From NCBI GenBank assembly GCA_036267875.1, contig DATAVE010000064.1, positions 3,546-67,545 of the forward strand: a DNA stretch of 64,000 nucleotides, read 5' to 3'. This DNA is from Mycobacteriales bacterium (GTDB lineage: Bacteria > Actinomycetota > Actinomycetes > JAFAQI01). The notes below the pieces were generated by a model. That model was not told the DNA's origin and did no database searches. It saw nothing but the letters and a program-made list of their open reading frames with translations. The translations under genes and the position numbers were made by a program. Positions 18,503 through 29,572 of this stretch are shown piece after piece. Each line of letters opens with the position of its first letter. The first letter of the stretch is position 1.

Positions 18503-19459
18503 ATGGACCTGGCTCCTGAGCACGTCCCTGTGCTGCTCGATCGCGTGCTGGAGCTGCTGGCGCCTGCTGCGAGCCGCGATGGCGCTGTGGTCGTGGACGC
18601 GACGCTCGGCTTGGGTGGGCACACCGAGGCGCTACTCGAGCGTCATCCCGGACTGCGGATGATCGGGATCGACCGGGATCCGAGCGCGTTGGCGCGCAGC
18701 GCCACGCGGCTGGCCGTCCACGCAGACCGCGTACAGCTGGTCCACGGTGTCTACGACACGCTTCCTGAGGTACTCGACGCGGCTGGTGTCGATCGTGTGG
18801 ACGGCGTGCTGTTCGACCTCGGCGTCTCTTCGATGCAGCTCGACGCTGACGACCGCGGCTTCTCCTACTCCCGCGACACCGCGCTCGACATGCGGATGGA
18901 CCCCACCCGCGGGCTCACCGCGGCCGACGTGGTCAACACCTACGACGCCCGCGACCTCGCGCACATCCTGTCGAGGTACGGCGAGGAGCGCTTCGCTCGT
19001 CGGATCGCTGACGCGATCGTTCGTGAGCGTGCGACGCAGCCGTTGACTTCGTCAGCTCGGCTGGCCGAGCTGGTGCGTGACGCGGTTCCGGCAGCGACCC
19101 GGCGTACTGGTGGCCACCCGGCCAAACGCACCTTCCAGGCGCTGCGCATCGAGGTCAACGACGAGCTCGGTGCGCTGGAGCGGGCCCTCCCGGCAGCCGT
19201 CACCGCACTTCGGGTCGGCGGCCGGTTGGTCGTCCTCGCCTACCAGTCGCTCGAAGACCGAATCGTCAAGCGCACGCTTGCCGCCGGTACGTCGGTGACT
19301 GCACCGGCTGACCTACCCGTCGTCCCGGAGAGTGCTCAGCCCCGGCTGCGGCTACTCACCCGCGGCGCCGAGCAGGCCTCCGAGGCCGAGATCGAAGAGA
19401 ACCCACGCGCAGCCTCCGTCCGGCTTCGTGCGGTCGAGCGGATCAGAGAAGCGGCATGA
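18503..19459 (+). CDS. rsmH: 16S rRNA (cytosine1402-N4)-methyltransferase RsmH (MraW)
   Basis: [19 protein letters not shown]...DATLGLGGH. The ORF-track 5' extension overlaps mraZ, so the start is taken at ATG 18503. Confidence 0.9.
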   Translation: MDLAPEHVPVLLDRVLELLAPAASRDGAVVVDATLGLGGHTEALLERHPGLRMIGIDRDPSALARSATRLAVHADRVQLVHGVYDTLPEVLDAAGVDRVDGVLFDLGVSSMQLDADDRGFSYSRDTALDMRMDPTRGLTAADVVNTYDARDLAHILSRYGEERFARRIADAIVRERATQPLTSSARLAELVRDAVPAATRRTGGHPAKRTFQALRIEVNDELGALERALPAAVTALRVGGRLVVLAYQSLEDRIVKRTLAAGTSVTAPADLPVVPESAQPRLRLLTRGAEQASEAEIEENPRAASVRLRAVERIREAA

Positions 19460-19974
19460 GCGCCACGTATCCGCTGCGGAAGCCCGCAACTGCGAAGCCG
19501 CGTCCTGCCGCGTCTCGCCCGCGCCTCACGGTCATCTCCTCGACGAAGCACAAGGTCGCGCGCGGTCCGTTCATCGTGCTCGTCAGCGCCCTGCTCATCG
19601 GCGGTCTGCTCGCTCTGTTGATGCTGCACACGCTTGCGGCACAGGACGCCTTCCGCCAGACGACGCTTCAGCAGAAGCTCGCAACACTGACCGACCAGCA
19701 GCAGCAGCTCGAACAGCAGGTGCAGCTCGACTCGGCACCGGCTGCCCTCGAGGCCCGGGCTCGCGCGCTCGGGATGGTGCCTTCGACGATCACGTCGTAC
19801 CACCGAGGGGCCAACGGGACGACGATCGCTCGCGAGCTGCCGACCTCACAGGTCGCCACTGTCGACACGACGCCGACAACGGCTCCGTCTACGGCGCCAA
19901 GCACCGACCCGACGACGCCACCGTCAGCGAAGGACTCACCGAATCCGCGGGCGAAGGCATCCACGCGTCCATGA
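19456..19974 (+). CDS. ftsL: Cell division protein FtsL
   Basis: 172 aa with basic N-terminus, a single TM ([19 protein letters not shown]), a coiled coil, and a Pro/Thr-rich tail. Its position between rsmH and ftsI supports the call. Confidence 0.7.
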   Translation: MSATYPLRKPATAKPRPAASRPRLTVISSTKHKVARGPFIVLVSALLIGGLLALLMLHTLAAQDAFRQTTLQQKLATLTDQQQQLEQQVQLDSAPAALEARARALGMVPSTITSYHRGANGTTIARELPTSQVATVDTTPTTAPSTAPSTDPTTPPSAKDSPNPRAKASTRP

Positions 19975-21752
19975 CGTCACGACCGCCGGCGCGCTCAGCG
20001 GACAGGCGCCGTCCGACCGCTCGTACTGCTACGCGTCGGCGCGGACCGAGTGCTCGGCGCCGCCTCAACACGGTGCTGCTCGTGACGATGATGCTCGCGT
20101 CGCTGATCGCGGCGCGACTCGTTCAGCTGCAAGGTGTCGACCGCGCTGCGTACTCCGCCGCGGCTCAGGAGCAGCGGCTGCACACCGTGACGCTGACCGC
20201 TACCCGCGGAACGATCACCGACCGCAGCGGCGACCCGCTCGCCGAGACCGTCGATGCGCGCGATGTCGTCGCGGACCCGAGCGAGATCGACAAGCCCGCG
20301 GCTGTTGCCGCTGCACTCGCGCCCGTGCTCAGCATCAAGCCAGGCAAGCTCGTACCACTTCTGACGGGTACCGGGCAGTACTCGCGGCTCGACGCGGCGG
20401 TCTCGCCCGCCGTCGGTGACGCGGTCGATTCGCTGAACCTGACCGGGATCACCACCCCGGACACCAGCCGTCGCGTCTACCCGAATGGCCGGCTCGCCTC
20501 CAACGTCGTCGGATTCGTCGACTCGCAGGGCCAGGGAGCGGGCGGACTGGAGCTCGAGTATCAAAAGCAGCTCGCCGGGCGCAACGGGGTTGCGCACTAC
20601 GAGGTCGCCGCGGACGGATCGCCGATCCCCGACGGCGAGAACGTCGAGACCGCTGCAGTGCCGGGCGAGGGACTGCGGCTGACGCTGCAGCGTGACATCC
20701 AGTTCGAGGCGCAGCAGGCGATCGCCGATCAGGTAAAGGCCACCGGAGCGTTGTCCGGCACGGTGATCGTGATGAACCCGAAGAACGGCCAGATCTACGC
20801 ACTTGCCGTTGCGCCCGGCTTCAACCCGAACGACCTGAGTACGGCGAACAGCGCCGACCTCGGTGACCCAGCGGTGACCGATGCCTACGAGCCCGGCAGC
20901 GTCATCAAGGCCGTGACCGTCTCCGCCGCTCTGCAGAACGGTCTGGTCACCCCGACGTCCGACTTCGTGATCCCGAACACCTATCAGTACAACGGCACGA
21001 CGTTCCACGATGCTGAGAGCCACGGGACCGAGCGGCTCACGCTGACCGGGATCCTGGCCTACTCGAGCAACATCGGCGCCATCAAGATCGCTCAGCGAGT
21101 TGGTGCCCAGCGACTCGACGACTACCTGCGAGCCTTCGGTTTCGGGCACACCACCGGGGTGAACCTGCCCGGCGAGAGTGCGGGACTGCTGCTCCCGGTC
21201 GACCAGTGGTCGGGCACCACGCTCCCGACGCTGGCCTTCGGCCAGGGCCTCGGCGTGACGGCCATGCAGGTGGCCAGTCTCTACTCGACGATCGCCGATG
21301 ACGGGGTTCGCGTCACCCCGACGCTCATCGAGGGCACGACGAACTCGAAGGACAAGTACGAAGCGGCCCCCGCACCTGCTCAGCACCGCGTGATCAGTGT
21401 CGATGTCGCAGCCGAGATGCGCCAGATCCTCGAGTCCGTCACGACGAACGAGGGCACTGCTCCGGCGGCCCGGATCCCGGGCTATCGGATCGCCGGCAAG
21501 ACCGGTACTGCGAACCGTTCCAACGGACACGGCGGCTACTCCGGCGCAGGGTACGACGCGTCGTTCGTCGGCATGGTGCCTGCCGACGACCCGAAGCTGG
21601 TGTGCGAAGTCGTCCTCGAGCGACCGGTGCGCGGCTACTTCGGTGGACTGGTTGCCGCGCCCGTCTTCAAGACCGTGATGTCCTTCGCGTTGCGAACGCT
21701 GGGTATCGCGCCGACCTTCACCAAGGCGGCCCACGCCGCGCTTACCTGGTAA
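19971..21752 (+). CDS. ftsI: Peptidoglycan D,D-transpeptidase FtsI (class B PBP)
   Basis: Start ATG 19971 overlaps the ftsL stop. Carries the transpeptidase motifs SVIK, SSN and KTGT. Confidence 0.9.
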   Translation: MTSRPPARSADRRRPTARTATRRRGPSARRRLNTVLLVTMMLASLIAARLVQLQGVDRAAYSAAAQEQRLHTVTLTATRGTITDRSGDPLAETVDARDVVADPSEIDKPAAVAAALAPVLSIKPGKLVPLLTGTGQYSRLDAAVSPAVGDAVDSLNLTGITTPDTSRRVYPNGRLASNVVGFVDSQGQGAGGLELEYQKQLAGRNGVAHYEVAADGSPIPDGENVETAAVPGEGLRLTLQRDIQFEAQQAIADQVKATGALSGTVIVMNPKNGQIYALAVAPGFNPNDLSTANSADLGDPAVTDAYEPGSVIKAVTVSAALQNGLVTPTSDFVIPNTYQYNGTTFHDAESHGTERLTLTGILAYSSNIGAIKIAQRVGAQRLDDYLRAFGFGHTTGVNLPGESAGLLLPVDQWSGTTLPTLAFGQGLGVTAMQVASLYSTIADDGVRVTPTLIEGTTNSKDKYEAAPAPAQHRVISVDVAAEMRQILESVTTNEGTAPAARIPGYRIAGKTGTANRSNGHGGYSGAGYDASFVGMVPADDPKLVCEVVLERPVRGYFGGLVAAPVFKTVMSFALRTLGIAPTFTKAAHAALTW

Positions 21753-21794
21753 CTGACCAGGTAAATCGCTCTTCTGCTACTAGCGTTTTCCTCG

Positions 21795-23336
21795 ATGACC
21801 GAGCCTCCCGTGCGACCTTCGGTCGTCTTGCCGCGCCGCATCGCGTCGTTGCTCGACCGACTGCACGCTGCGGGCTTCTCGGCTGTTCAGCTCGTGGGTG
21901 ACCCAGCCGTCGAGATCACCGGCATCACGCACGACTCACGCTTGGTTCTTCCCGGCGACCTGTACGTGGCCCGTAGCGGTGAGAACACCCACGGCATCGC
22001 CCACGTCAGCGAGGCAGTCGCGAGTGGCGCAGCGGCGGTCTTGACCGATCGTGATGCAGCGCAGACCGCGATCGAGTCCGGGGTAGCCGCGGTGCTCGCT
22101 GTCGACGAGCCGCGCGAGGCGATGGGACCGGCCGCGGCATGGACCTACGGCGACCCCGCGCAGGCGATGACGCTGCTGGGTGTCACGGGGACCAATGGCA
22201 AGACGACGACGAGCTACCTGATCGAGGCCGGCCTTCGCGCGGCCGGCCGGCGGACCGGTCTGGTCGGCACGATCGAGACTCGCATCGACGGCGAGGCCGT
22301 ACCGAGCGCTCGCACCACGCCGGAGGCGACCGAGCTGCACGCCTTGCTCGCTGTCATGAAGGAGCGTGGTGTCGACTCGGTCGTGATGGAGGTCTCGAGT
22401 CACGCGCTCGCACTCGGTCGCGTCGATGGCGTCGTCTTCGACGTCGCGGGATTTACCAACCTGTCGCGAGATCATCTCGACTTTCACGGCGACATGGCCG
22501 GCTACTACGCGGCCAAGGCCTCGCTGTTCGCGCCTTCCCGAGCGAGTCGTGGCGTCATCAACGTCGATGACGACTGGGGCCTACGGCTTGCAGCTGAGGC
22601 GACCGTGCCGTCGGTGACGACCGGGCTGCGTGCTGACAGCACCTGGCGGCGCTACGACGAGACGCCGGCCACTGCAACCTCGCTTGGCGTTGTACACCTC
22701 CTCGGGCCCGATGCTGGGACCGTCGAGATCCGGTGTGCGTTGCTTGGCACCGTCAATCTCGTCAACGTGGTGACCGCGTTCGTAATGTTGGTCGAGACGG
22801 GCATCGAGGTCGGCGTCGCCCGAGACGGTGTTGCTTCGCTGACGGCTGTGCCCGGCCGCCTCGAGCGCGTCGATGTCGGGCAGCCCTATCTAGCGCTGGT
22901 CGACTACGCCCACACGCCCGGTGCCGTCACCGCTGTGCTCGCGGATGCCCGAGCTCTTGCCGTCCCAGGTGGCCGGGTGCTCGTGGTGCTCGGCTGCGGG
23001 GGAGACCGCGATCGCGAGAAGCGCCCGATGATGGGTGCCGCTGCCGCGACCGGTGCCGACCTCGCGGTGTTCACCAACGACAATCCACGCTCAGAGGATG
23101 CGAATGAGATCCTCGCAGCGATGCAGAGCGGAGTGCCGGCCGGATTGCGCGTCCTCGTCGAGCCGGACCGCGCCCGGGCGATCGACGCGGCCGTCGGCCT
23201 GGCCCGGCCCGGGGACGTCCTCGTCATTGCCGGTAAGGGTCACGAGCAGGGCCAAGAGGCTGCGGGCGTCGTCGTCCCGTTCGACGATCGGGTTGTCCTG
23301 CGCGATGCATTGACCGCCCATCTCGGGGCGGCGTAG
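21795..23336 (+). CDS. murE: UDP-N-acetylmuramoyl-L-alanyl-D-glutamate--2,6-diaminopimelate ligase MurE
   Basis: Mur ligase with GVTGTNGKTTTSYL P-loop, 513 aa. Confidence 0.9.
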   Translation: MTEPPVRPSVVLPRRIASLLDRLHAAGFSAVQLVGDPAVEITGITHDSRLVLPGDLYVARSGENTHGIAHVSEAVASGAAAVLTDRDAAQTAIESGVAAVLAVDEPREAMGPAAAWTYGDPAQAMTLLGVTGTNGKTTTSYLIEAGLRAAGRRTGLVGTIETRIDGEAVPSARTTPEATELHALLAVMKERGVDSVVMEVSSHALALGRVDGVVFDVAGFTNLSRDHLDFHGDMAGYYAAKASLFAPSRASRGVINVDDDWGLRLAAEATVPSVTTGLRADSTWRRYDETPATATSLGVVHLLGPDAGTVEIRCALLGTVNLVNVVTAFVMLVETGIEVGVARDGVASLTAVPGRLERVDVGQPYLALVDYAHTPGAVTAVLADARALAVPGGRVLVVLGCGGDRDREKRPMMGAAAATGADLAVFTNDNPRSEDANEILAAMQSGVPAGLRVLVEPDRARAIDAAVGLARPGDVLVIAGKGHEQGQEAAGVVVPFDDRVVLRDALTAHLGAA

Positions 23337-24724
23337 TGCTCGTCCTGCCCGCGGATGAGATCGCGGCACTCAGTGGCGGGCGTCTTGATCTCGCGGACCC
23401 CGCGATGATCGTCGACGGCCCCGTGGTCATCGACTCGCGCGTCGCGGCCCGCGGCAGCGTGTTCATCGCATTGCCCGGCGATCACCGAGACGGTCACGAC
23501 TTCGTCGGCGACGCGATGCGGCGTGGTGCCGTACTCGCCATCGTCGATCGGCCGGTCGACTATCCGGCCGTCATCGTCGATGACGTCGAGAAAGCGCTCG
23601 GCTATCTCGCCGGCGGCGTGCTGCGGCGTACTCCCGGAATCCGGGTGTGCGGCGTGACGGGATCGTCCGGCAAGACCTCGACGAAGGACCTGATCGCCTC
23701 GCTGCTTCGGCGAAGTGGTCCCACAATCGCGCCGCAGGGGTCGTTCAACAACGAGATCGGACTGCCGATCACGGTGCTCGACGTGGACAGCGAGACCGAG
23801 CATCTCGTCCTGGAGTACAGCGCCCGCGGCGTCGGTCACATTGCGTATCTGACCGGGATCGCGCGGCCCCGGATCGGCGTCGTTCTCAATGTCGGCACTG
23901 CCCACCTCGGTGAGTTCGGCAGCCGCGAGGCCATCGCCGCGGCCAAGGGCGAGCTCATCGAGGCTCTGCCCGCGGACGGCATCGCGGTGCTCAATATCGA
24001 TGATCCGCTGGTCGCAGCGATGGCGTCACGTACGACTGCCCGGGTGGTGACGTACGGCGAGGCCGACGCTGCTGATGTCCGCATCGTCGAGCTCAGCCTC
24101 GATGAGGAGGCGCGCCCCCGCTTTCGGCTCGTGACGCCTCAGGGTGACGCGATCGTCTCGATGCTGCTGCACGGATGGCATCACGCGAGCAACGCCGCTG
24201 CAGCCGCGGCCGTCGCCTTGGAGTCCGGAATGGGTCTCGGCGAGGTGGCCGAGGTCCTGGCGCTTGCTGTGCCTGAGAGTGCTCACCGGATGGCGGTGCA
24301 GCGCCGAGTCGACGGTCTGCTTGTCGTCGACGACGCCTACAACGCCAACCCTGAATCGATGCAGGCCGCGCTCGAGGCACTGCTCGGCCTTGCCGGTCCT
24401 CGTGGTGGAGCGACCTGGGCGGTGCTGGGCGAGATGCGCGAGCTCGGAGACGACTCGCCTGAGCTGCATCGGGCGACCGGTCGCACGGCAGCGCAGCTCG
24501 GCGTAGATCATCTGGTCGTGGTCGGAGACGTCGCGGCTGCTATCGGCGAGGGTGCGCGCGGTGTCGAGGGTTGGGCGGGAGACTGCACCGTCGTTGCAAC
24601 GCGTGACGAGGCGGCCGACGTGGCCGCAGCCGCAGGCCCGGAGGACGTCGTGCTCGTCAAGGCTTCCAACGCAGCTCGGCTATGGCTCGCGGCCGAGCGG
24701 ATCGTCGGGGGAGTGGCGGCGTGA
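23336..24724 (+). CDS. murF: UDP-N-acetylmuramoyl-tripeptide--D-alanyl-D-alanine ligase MurF
   Basis: [15 protein letters not shown]-loop. GTG start overlaps the murE stop. Confidence 0.9.
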   Translation: MLVLPADEIAALSGGRLDLADPAMIVDGPVVIDSRVAARGSVFIALPGDHRDGHDFVGDAMRRGAVLAIVDRPVDYPAVIVDDVEKALGYLAGGVLRRTPGIRVCGVTGSSGKTSTKDLIASLLRRSGPTIAPQGSFNNEIGLPITVLDVDSETEHLVLEYSARGVGHIAYLTGIARPRIGVVLNVGTAHLGEFGSREAIAAAKGELIEALPADGIAVLNIDDPLVAAMASRTTARVVTYGEADAADVRIVELSLDEEARPRFRLVTPQGDAIVSMLLHGWHHASNAAAAAAVALESGMGLGEVAEVLALAVPESAHRMAVQRRVDGLLVVDDAYNANPESMQAALEALLGLAGPRGGATWAVLGEMRELGDDSPELHRATGRTAAQLGVDHLVVVGDVAAAIGEGARGVEGWAGDCTVVATRDEAADVAAAAGPEDVVLVKASNAARLWLAAERIVGGVAA

Positions 24725-25779
24725 GGGATGTATTCGTCGCGGCACTCGTTGCGCTGATCGTCTCGCTGGTCGGCACACCGATCGCGATCCGGACCTTCAC
24801 CAAACGTGGCTACGGCCAGCTGATCCGAGATGACGGACCCACAAGTCATCACACCAAGCGGGGTACGCCGACGATGGGCGGCACCGTCATCATCCTGGCG
24901 ACCCTGCTGGGTTACGCGGCTGCTCATCTCGTCTTCCTGAGCGGCTTCACGGCGTCCGGGTTGCTCGTGCTGCTCCTGATGGCAGGCCTCGGGCTGGTCG
25001 GCTTCATCGACGACTTCATCAAGATCAGCAAGCAGCGCAGCCTCGGCCTGACCAAGCTGGCGAAGTTCGCCGGCCAGGCCGTCGTCGCGATCGTGTTCGG
25101 CATCCTCGCGACGCGCTTCGTCAACCATCACCACCTGGCACCCGCATCGACGCATCTGTCGTTCACCCGCGACTACGGCTGGGCCCTCGGCACGGTCGGC
25201 TTCGTCGTCTGGGCGTATCTGATGATCACGGCGACGTCCAACGGCGTGAACCTTACCGACGGTCTCGACGGTCTGGCGAGCGGCGCGTCATGCATGGTGT
25301 TCGGCGCCTACGTCGTCATTGCGTTCTGGCAGTACGGCAACAACTGCGTCAACGTGACCAGCACGAACTGCTACGCAGTTCGTGACCCGCTGGACGCGGC
25401 GGTCATCGCGGCGGCGGCGATGGGTGCCTGTTTCGGCTTCCTGTGGTGGAACGCCTCTCCCGCGCGCATCTTCATGGGTGACACCGGTTCGCTCGCAATC
25501 GGCGGACTGCTGGCCGGCCTAGCCGTCACCACCCGCACCGAGCTGTTGCTGCTCATCCTTGGTGGCCTCTTCGTCATCGAGACCTTGTCGGTGATCATCC
25601 AGGTCGCGTCGTTCCGCGGGTTCGGGCGCCGGGTGTTCCGAATGGCGCCGTTCCATCACCACTTCGAGCTCGCGGGCTGGTCGGAGAACACCGTCATCGT
25701 GCGGTTCTGGATCATCGCCGGGCTGGCGGTCGCATTCGGGCTCGGGGTCTTCTACGCGGCCTTCCTCAACTTCAAATGA
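24721..25779 (+). CDS. mraY: Phospho-N-acetylmuramoyl-pentapeptide transferase MraY
   Basis: Polytopic membrane protein with ...[13 protein letters not shown]... and ...[11 protein letters not shown]... motifs. GTG at 24721 overlaps the murF stop. Confidence 0.9.
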   Translation: MRDVFVAALVALIVSLVGTPIAIRTFTKRGYGQLIRDDGPTSHHTKRGTPTMGGTVIILATLLGYAAAHLVFLSGFTASGLLVLLLMAGLGLVGFIDDFIKISKQRSLGLTKLAKFAGQAVVAIVFGILATRFVNHHHLAPASTHLSFTRDYGWALGTVGFVVWAYLMITATSNGVNLTDGLDGLASGASCMVFGAYVVIAFWQYGNNCVNVTSTNCYAVRDPLDAAVIAAAAMGACFGFLWWNASPARIFMGDTGSLAIGGLLAGLAVTTRTELLLLILGGLFVIETLSVIIQVASFRGFGRRVFRMAPFHHHFELAGWSENTVIVRFWIIAGLAVAFGLGVFYAAFLNFK

Positions 25780-25792
25780 GCACGGTTTCGAG

Positions 25793-27214
25793 TTGACACC
25801 AGTCGACTTCGCAGGGAGCCGGGTAGCAGTCGCGGGTGCGGCCGTGTCGGGCCTGTCGGTTGCCCGCGTGATGCTCGAAAGGGGCGCGCGGGTTCTCGTC
25901 GTCGATGGGCGTGACGACGAGCCGCTTCATGAGTCGCTCGCGCCACTTATTGCTGGTGGCGCCGAGGTCCGGCTGGGCGATGCCGAATCACCGATCGACG
26001 CCGATCTCGTCGTCACCTCGCCGGGTTGGCGCCCGGACCAGCCGATGCTGGCAGCCGCGCAAGCTGCCGGAATCGAGGTCATCGGTGAGCCGGAGCTGGC
26101 CTGGCGGCTGCGGCCGTGGCTCGATGGCGGCGGCTACGCGCCCTGGGTGGCGATCACCGGCACCAACGGCAAGACCACCACCGTCGGCATGGTCGAGTCG
26201 ATCCTGCAAGCGGCGGGTTTCCGGACGGTCGCCGCAGGCAACGTCGGCCGGCCGCTGATCGACGTCGTGCTCGATCCGAAGCCGTACGACGTGATCGCCG
26301 TCGAGCTGTCGAGCTTCCAGCTGCACTGGAGCAGCGAACTCGCTCCGGATGTCGGAGTCGTGCTCAACATCGCTGAGGATCATCTCGACTGGCACGGATC
26401 GATGGAGGCGTACGCCGCAGCGAAGGCGGCGATCTGGCGACAGGGCGGCGAGGGCGTCTACAACGCCGAAGACGCGCACGTCGCGGCGATGGCGACGGAC
26501 GCACTGAGCTGTCCACACCCGTTCTCGACGACTGTGCCGTCGATCGGTGGCATCGGGGTCGTCGGCGGCGTCATCATCGACGAGCTCACGAACGGCCTCA
26601 CTCACACGCCGCTGGTCGACCTTCATGACCTCGCCGTCAGTGGGCCTCACAACGTCGCCAACGCAGTTGCAGCCGCGACCGCCACCCGGGTGTTCGGGCT
26701 GAAAGGCGGCTACGAGCTCTCCGCGGAAGCCGTCGGCGACGGGCTGCGGGCCTACCGCCCCGGCCACCATCGCAACGAGGTGGTGGGACAGGCAGGCGGG
26801 GTCACCTGGGTCAACGACTCGAAGGCCACCAACCCTCATGCGGCGGCCGCGAGTCTGTCGGCGTACCCGTCCGTGGTCTGGATCGCGGGCGGGCTGCTGA
26901 AGGGCGCCGACGTCGAGCCACTGGTCGCCGAGCAGGGTGGCCGGCTCCGCGGGGCGGTGCTGATCGGCCGGGACAAGGCGCAGATTGCCGAAGCTCTTGC
27001 GCGACACGCGCCGGATGTGCCGGTTGTGACGGTCGTGACGGATGAAACTAGCGGGATGGATGAGGCAGTGCAGGCTGCCGCCGAGCTGGCCCAGCCCGGC
27101 GACACCGTGCTGCTCGCTCCCGCTGCCGCCAGCATGGACATGTTCCGTGACTACGCCGAGCGAGGGGACCGTTACGCCGCCGCCGTGCGCCGGATCATCG
27201 ACTACCTCTCATGA
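25793..27214 (+). CDS. murD: UDP-N-acetylmuramoylalanine--D-glutamate ligase MurD
   Basis: ITGTNGKTTTVGM P-loop, 473 aa, TTG start. Confidence 0.9.
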   Translation: MTPVDFAGSRVAVAGAAVSGLSVARVMLERGARVLVVDGRDDEPLHESLAPLIAGGAEVRLGDAESPIDADLVVTSPGWRPDQPMLAAAQAAGIEVIGEPELAWRLRPWLDGGGYAPWVAITGTNGKTTTVGMVESILQAAGFRTVAAGNVGRPLIDVVLDPKPYDVIAVELSSFQLHWSSELAPDVGVVLNIAEDHLDWHGSMEAYAAAKAAIWRQGGEGVYNAEDAHVAAMATDALSCPHPFSTTVPSIGGIGVVGGVIIDELTNGLTHTPLVDLHDLAVSGPHNVANAVAAATATRVFGLKGGYELSAEAVGDGLRAYRPGHHRNEVVGQAGGVTWVNDSKATNPHAAAASLSAYPSVVWIAGGLLKGADVEPLVAEQGGRLRGAVLIGRDKAQIAEALARHAPDVPVVTVVTDETSGMDEAVQAAAELAQPGDTVLLAPAAASMDMFRDYAERGDRYAAAVRRIIDYLS

Positions 27215-28467
27215 CGGTCAGTACGACGGCGGGCCGGGCTCGCCGTAAGCCCGCACCTGCACCCAAGTCGCCGGTCGCAACGGTCGTTCGGCTGCTCAAC
27301 CGACCGCAGGCCTCCTATTACCTGGTGATCGGCAGTGCCGCCGCGCTTCTGGTGCTCGGCCTGGTCATGGTGTTGTCGGCCTCGAGCGTCACGTCGTACA
27401 CCTCGAGCGGCTCGTCGTTCACGATCGCGTCGCGCCAGGCGCTGTGGGTCGTGATCGGTCTGCCGGTGCTGCTGATCGGTGCGCGGTTGCCGGTCAAGGC
27501 GTACCGGATGCTCGCCTATCCGATGATGCTGATCTCGATCGCCCTGCTGCTCGCGGTCCTCGTGCCCGGCGTCGGTCAGAACGTGTCCGGGGCGACGCGC
27601 TGGATCGCATTGCCCGGCGGGATGCAGTTGCAGCCGTCGGAGCCGGCCAAGCTCGCACTGGTCCTTTGGGGAGCCGATCTGCTTTCCCGCAAGGAGAAGC
27701 GGCTCGGCGAGGCCAAGCACCTGCTCGTCCCGCTGGTCCCGATGGCGCTGCTGATCGCGCTGCTCGTGATGGCGGAGCCCGACATGGGCACGACGATCGT
27801 GCTGATGGTTGTGCTGCTCGCCTTGTTGTTCACCGCCGGCGCGCCGATGTGGCTGTTCGCCCGGCTCGGGATCGGCCTCGCGGGGCTCGCCGGGTTGCTC
27901 GCGGTCACCGAGCCGTACCGGTTGCGGCGGCTGGTCGGCTTTCGCGACCCGTGTGCCGAGGGGCATGCGCTCTCGGTCGGCTACCAGGCCTGTCAGGGTC
28001 TCTACGCGTTGTCTTCGGGTGGCTGGTTCGGCGTGGGCCTGGGCGGCAGCCGTGAGAAGTTCGGTTACCTGCCGAACCTCTACACCGACTACATCTTCGC
28101 GATCATCGGCGAAGAGCTCGGGCTGCTCGGCTCGCTGCTAGTGCTGGGGTTGTTCGCGCTGCTGGCCTACGCCGGTATTCGGATCGCGCAGCGGTGCCGC
28201 GACACGTTCAGCCAGCTCGCCGCGGCCGGCGTCACCGCTTGGCTGCTCGGCCAGGCGCTGGTCAACATGGGCGCCGTCGTCGGGCTGCTCCCGATCACCG
28301 GAATCCCGCTGCCGCTGGTGTCGTTCGGCGGATCCGCCCTCGTGCCGACGATGTTTGCGATCGGGATGCTGATCTCGTTCGCCCGCAACGAGCCCGCCAC
28401 GGCCAAGGCGCTGTCGGCCCGCCGCAAGGCGCGGGGTCGGCTCCCCAGGTTCGCCTGGGCCCGATAA
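27211..28467 (+). CDS. ftsW: Peptidoglycan glycosyltransferase FtsW (SEDS family)
   Basis: 10-TM SEDS protein. ATGA overlap with the murD stop. Confidence 0.9.
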   Translation: MTVSTTAGRARRKPAPAPKSPVATVVRLLNRPQASYYLVIGSAAALLVLGLVMVLSASSVTSYTSSGSSFTIASRQALWVVIGLPVLLIGARLPVKAYRMLAYPMMLISIALLLAVLVPGVGQNVSGATRWIALPGGMQLQPSEPAKLALVLWGADLLSRKEKRLGEAKHLLVPLVPMALLIALLVMAEPDMGTTIVLMVVLLALLFTAGAPMWLFARLGIGLAGLAGLLAVTEPYRLRRLVGFRDPCAEGHALSVGYQACQGLYALSSGGWFGVGLGGSREKFGYLPNLYTDYIFAIIGEELGLLGSLLVLGLFALLAYAGIRIAQRCRDTFSQLAAAGVTAWLLGQALVNMGAVVGLLPITGIPLPLVSFGGSALVPTMFAIGMLISFARNEPATAKALSARRKARGRLPRFAWAR

Positions 28468-28483
28468 CCCGAACCCGACTGAC

Positions 28484-29572
28484 ATGCGTGCCGTCCTGGC
28501 CGGTGGCGGAAGTGCCGGCCACGTCTCGCCGTTGCTCGCGCTGGCGGATCGTCTGGTTGCGGATGACCCGGCGACCGAGATCCTCGCGCTGGGCACCACG
28601 ACCGGCCTGGAAGCTCGGCTGGTGCCGGCGAGGGGCTACCGGCTGCATCCCGTGCCGAAGGTTCCGCTGCCCCGGCGTCCCTCCACCGCACTGCTGCGGC
28701 TGCCCGTCAACCTGCGCGCCGCGGTCCGGGAAGCCCGCCGGGCGATCGATGAGATCGACGCCCAGGTCGTCGTGGGATTCGGCGGCTACGTCTCGGCCCC
28801 GGCGTACCTCGCCGCCCGTCAGGCCAAGGTGCCGATCGTCGTCCATGAGCAGAACAGCCGTCCTGGCTTCGCCAACCGGCTCGGCGCGCGGCTGACCCGC
28901 TCGGTCGCGGTCACCTTTCCCGACACGCCGCTCCGTCACGCCATCCGTACCGGCATGCCGCTGCGAGCCGAGATTGTCGGTCTCGATGTCGCGACTGCCC
29001 GATCGGGCGCGCGAGAGACCTTTGGCCTCGACCCGGCGCGGACGACGTTGCTGGTATTCGGCGGCTCGCTGGGGGCGCAGCGGCTCAATGACGTCGTCCC
29101 ACAGATCGCGGTAGATCTTCGCCGGCGCGGCATCCAGGTGTTGCATGTCACCGGGGCGGGCAAGGCGGTCGAGGTGAGCGCAGTCGAGGCCGGCGCCCCG
29201 GCCTACCTCGCCGTGGACTACGTCGACCAGATGGAGCTCGCTTACGCCGCCGCGGACTTCGTGATCGGGCGGGCCGGTGCCAACACGGTCAGCGAACTCA
29301 CCGCGCTCGGCCTGCCGGCGGCGTACGTTCCGCTGCCGATCGGCAACGGCGAGCAGCGGCTGAACGCGCTACCGGTTGTCGAGGCGGGTGGCGGACTGAT
29401 GGTCGCGGACGCCGACCTTGACCGCTCGTGGCTCCTCGATCAAGTACTCCCGCTGATGGACGATCCAGAGAAGCTGCGGACGATGGGGGCAGCCGCGCGC
29501 GGCTTCGGGCGGCTGGATGCCGACCGGCTGCTCGCCGACCTCGTTCGCGCAGCTATCGGAGGCTCTCGTTGA
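28484..29572 (+). CDS. murG: UDP-GlcNAc--undecaprenyl-PP-MurNAc-pentapeptide GlcNAc transferase MurG
   Basis: MRAVLAGGGSAGHVSPLLALA... GT28 fold. Confidence 0.9.
   Translation: MRAVLAGGGSAGHVSPLLALADRLVADDPATEILALGTTTGLEARLVPARGYRLHPVPKVPLPRRPSTALLRLPVNLRAAVREARRAIDEIDAQVVVGFGGYVSAPAYLAARQAKVPIVVHEQNSRPGFANRLGARLTRSVAVTFPDTPLRHAIRTGMPLRAEIVGLDVATARSGARETFGLDPARTTLLVFGGSLGAQRLNDVVPQIAVDLRRRGIQVLHVTGAGKAVEVSAVEAGAPAYLAVDYVDQMELAYAAADFVIGRAGANTVSELTALGLPAAYVPLPIGNGEQRLNALPVVEAGGGLMVADADLDRSWLLDQVLPLMDDPEKLRTMGAAARGFGRLDADRLLADLVRAAIGGSR

Noticed and set aside
17905-19459. ORF-track 5' extensions (e.g. rsmH from 18212, ftsI from 19332, murC from 29428, hisB from 55153, dnaE from 45531, trpC from 60092)
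   Set aside because: The extended N-termini overlap the preceding gene in another frame and lack homology. Starts were moved to the first plausible ATG/GTG/TTG at or just after the upstream stop, usually with ATGA/GTGA coupling
19995-21734. 579-aa antisense ORF across ftsI, and similar long antisense or alternative-frame ORFs (13188..13808, 14502..15467, 15671..16162, 26134..27007, 39364..40032, 48207..49814, 61384..62580 and others)
   Set aside because: They overlap well-supported genes on the other strand or frame. Their translations are Arg/Pro/Gly-rich with no motifs. They are high-GC frame artefacts
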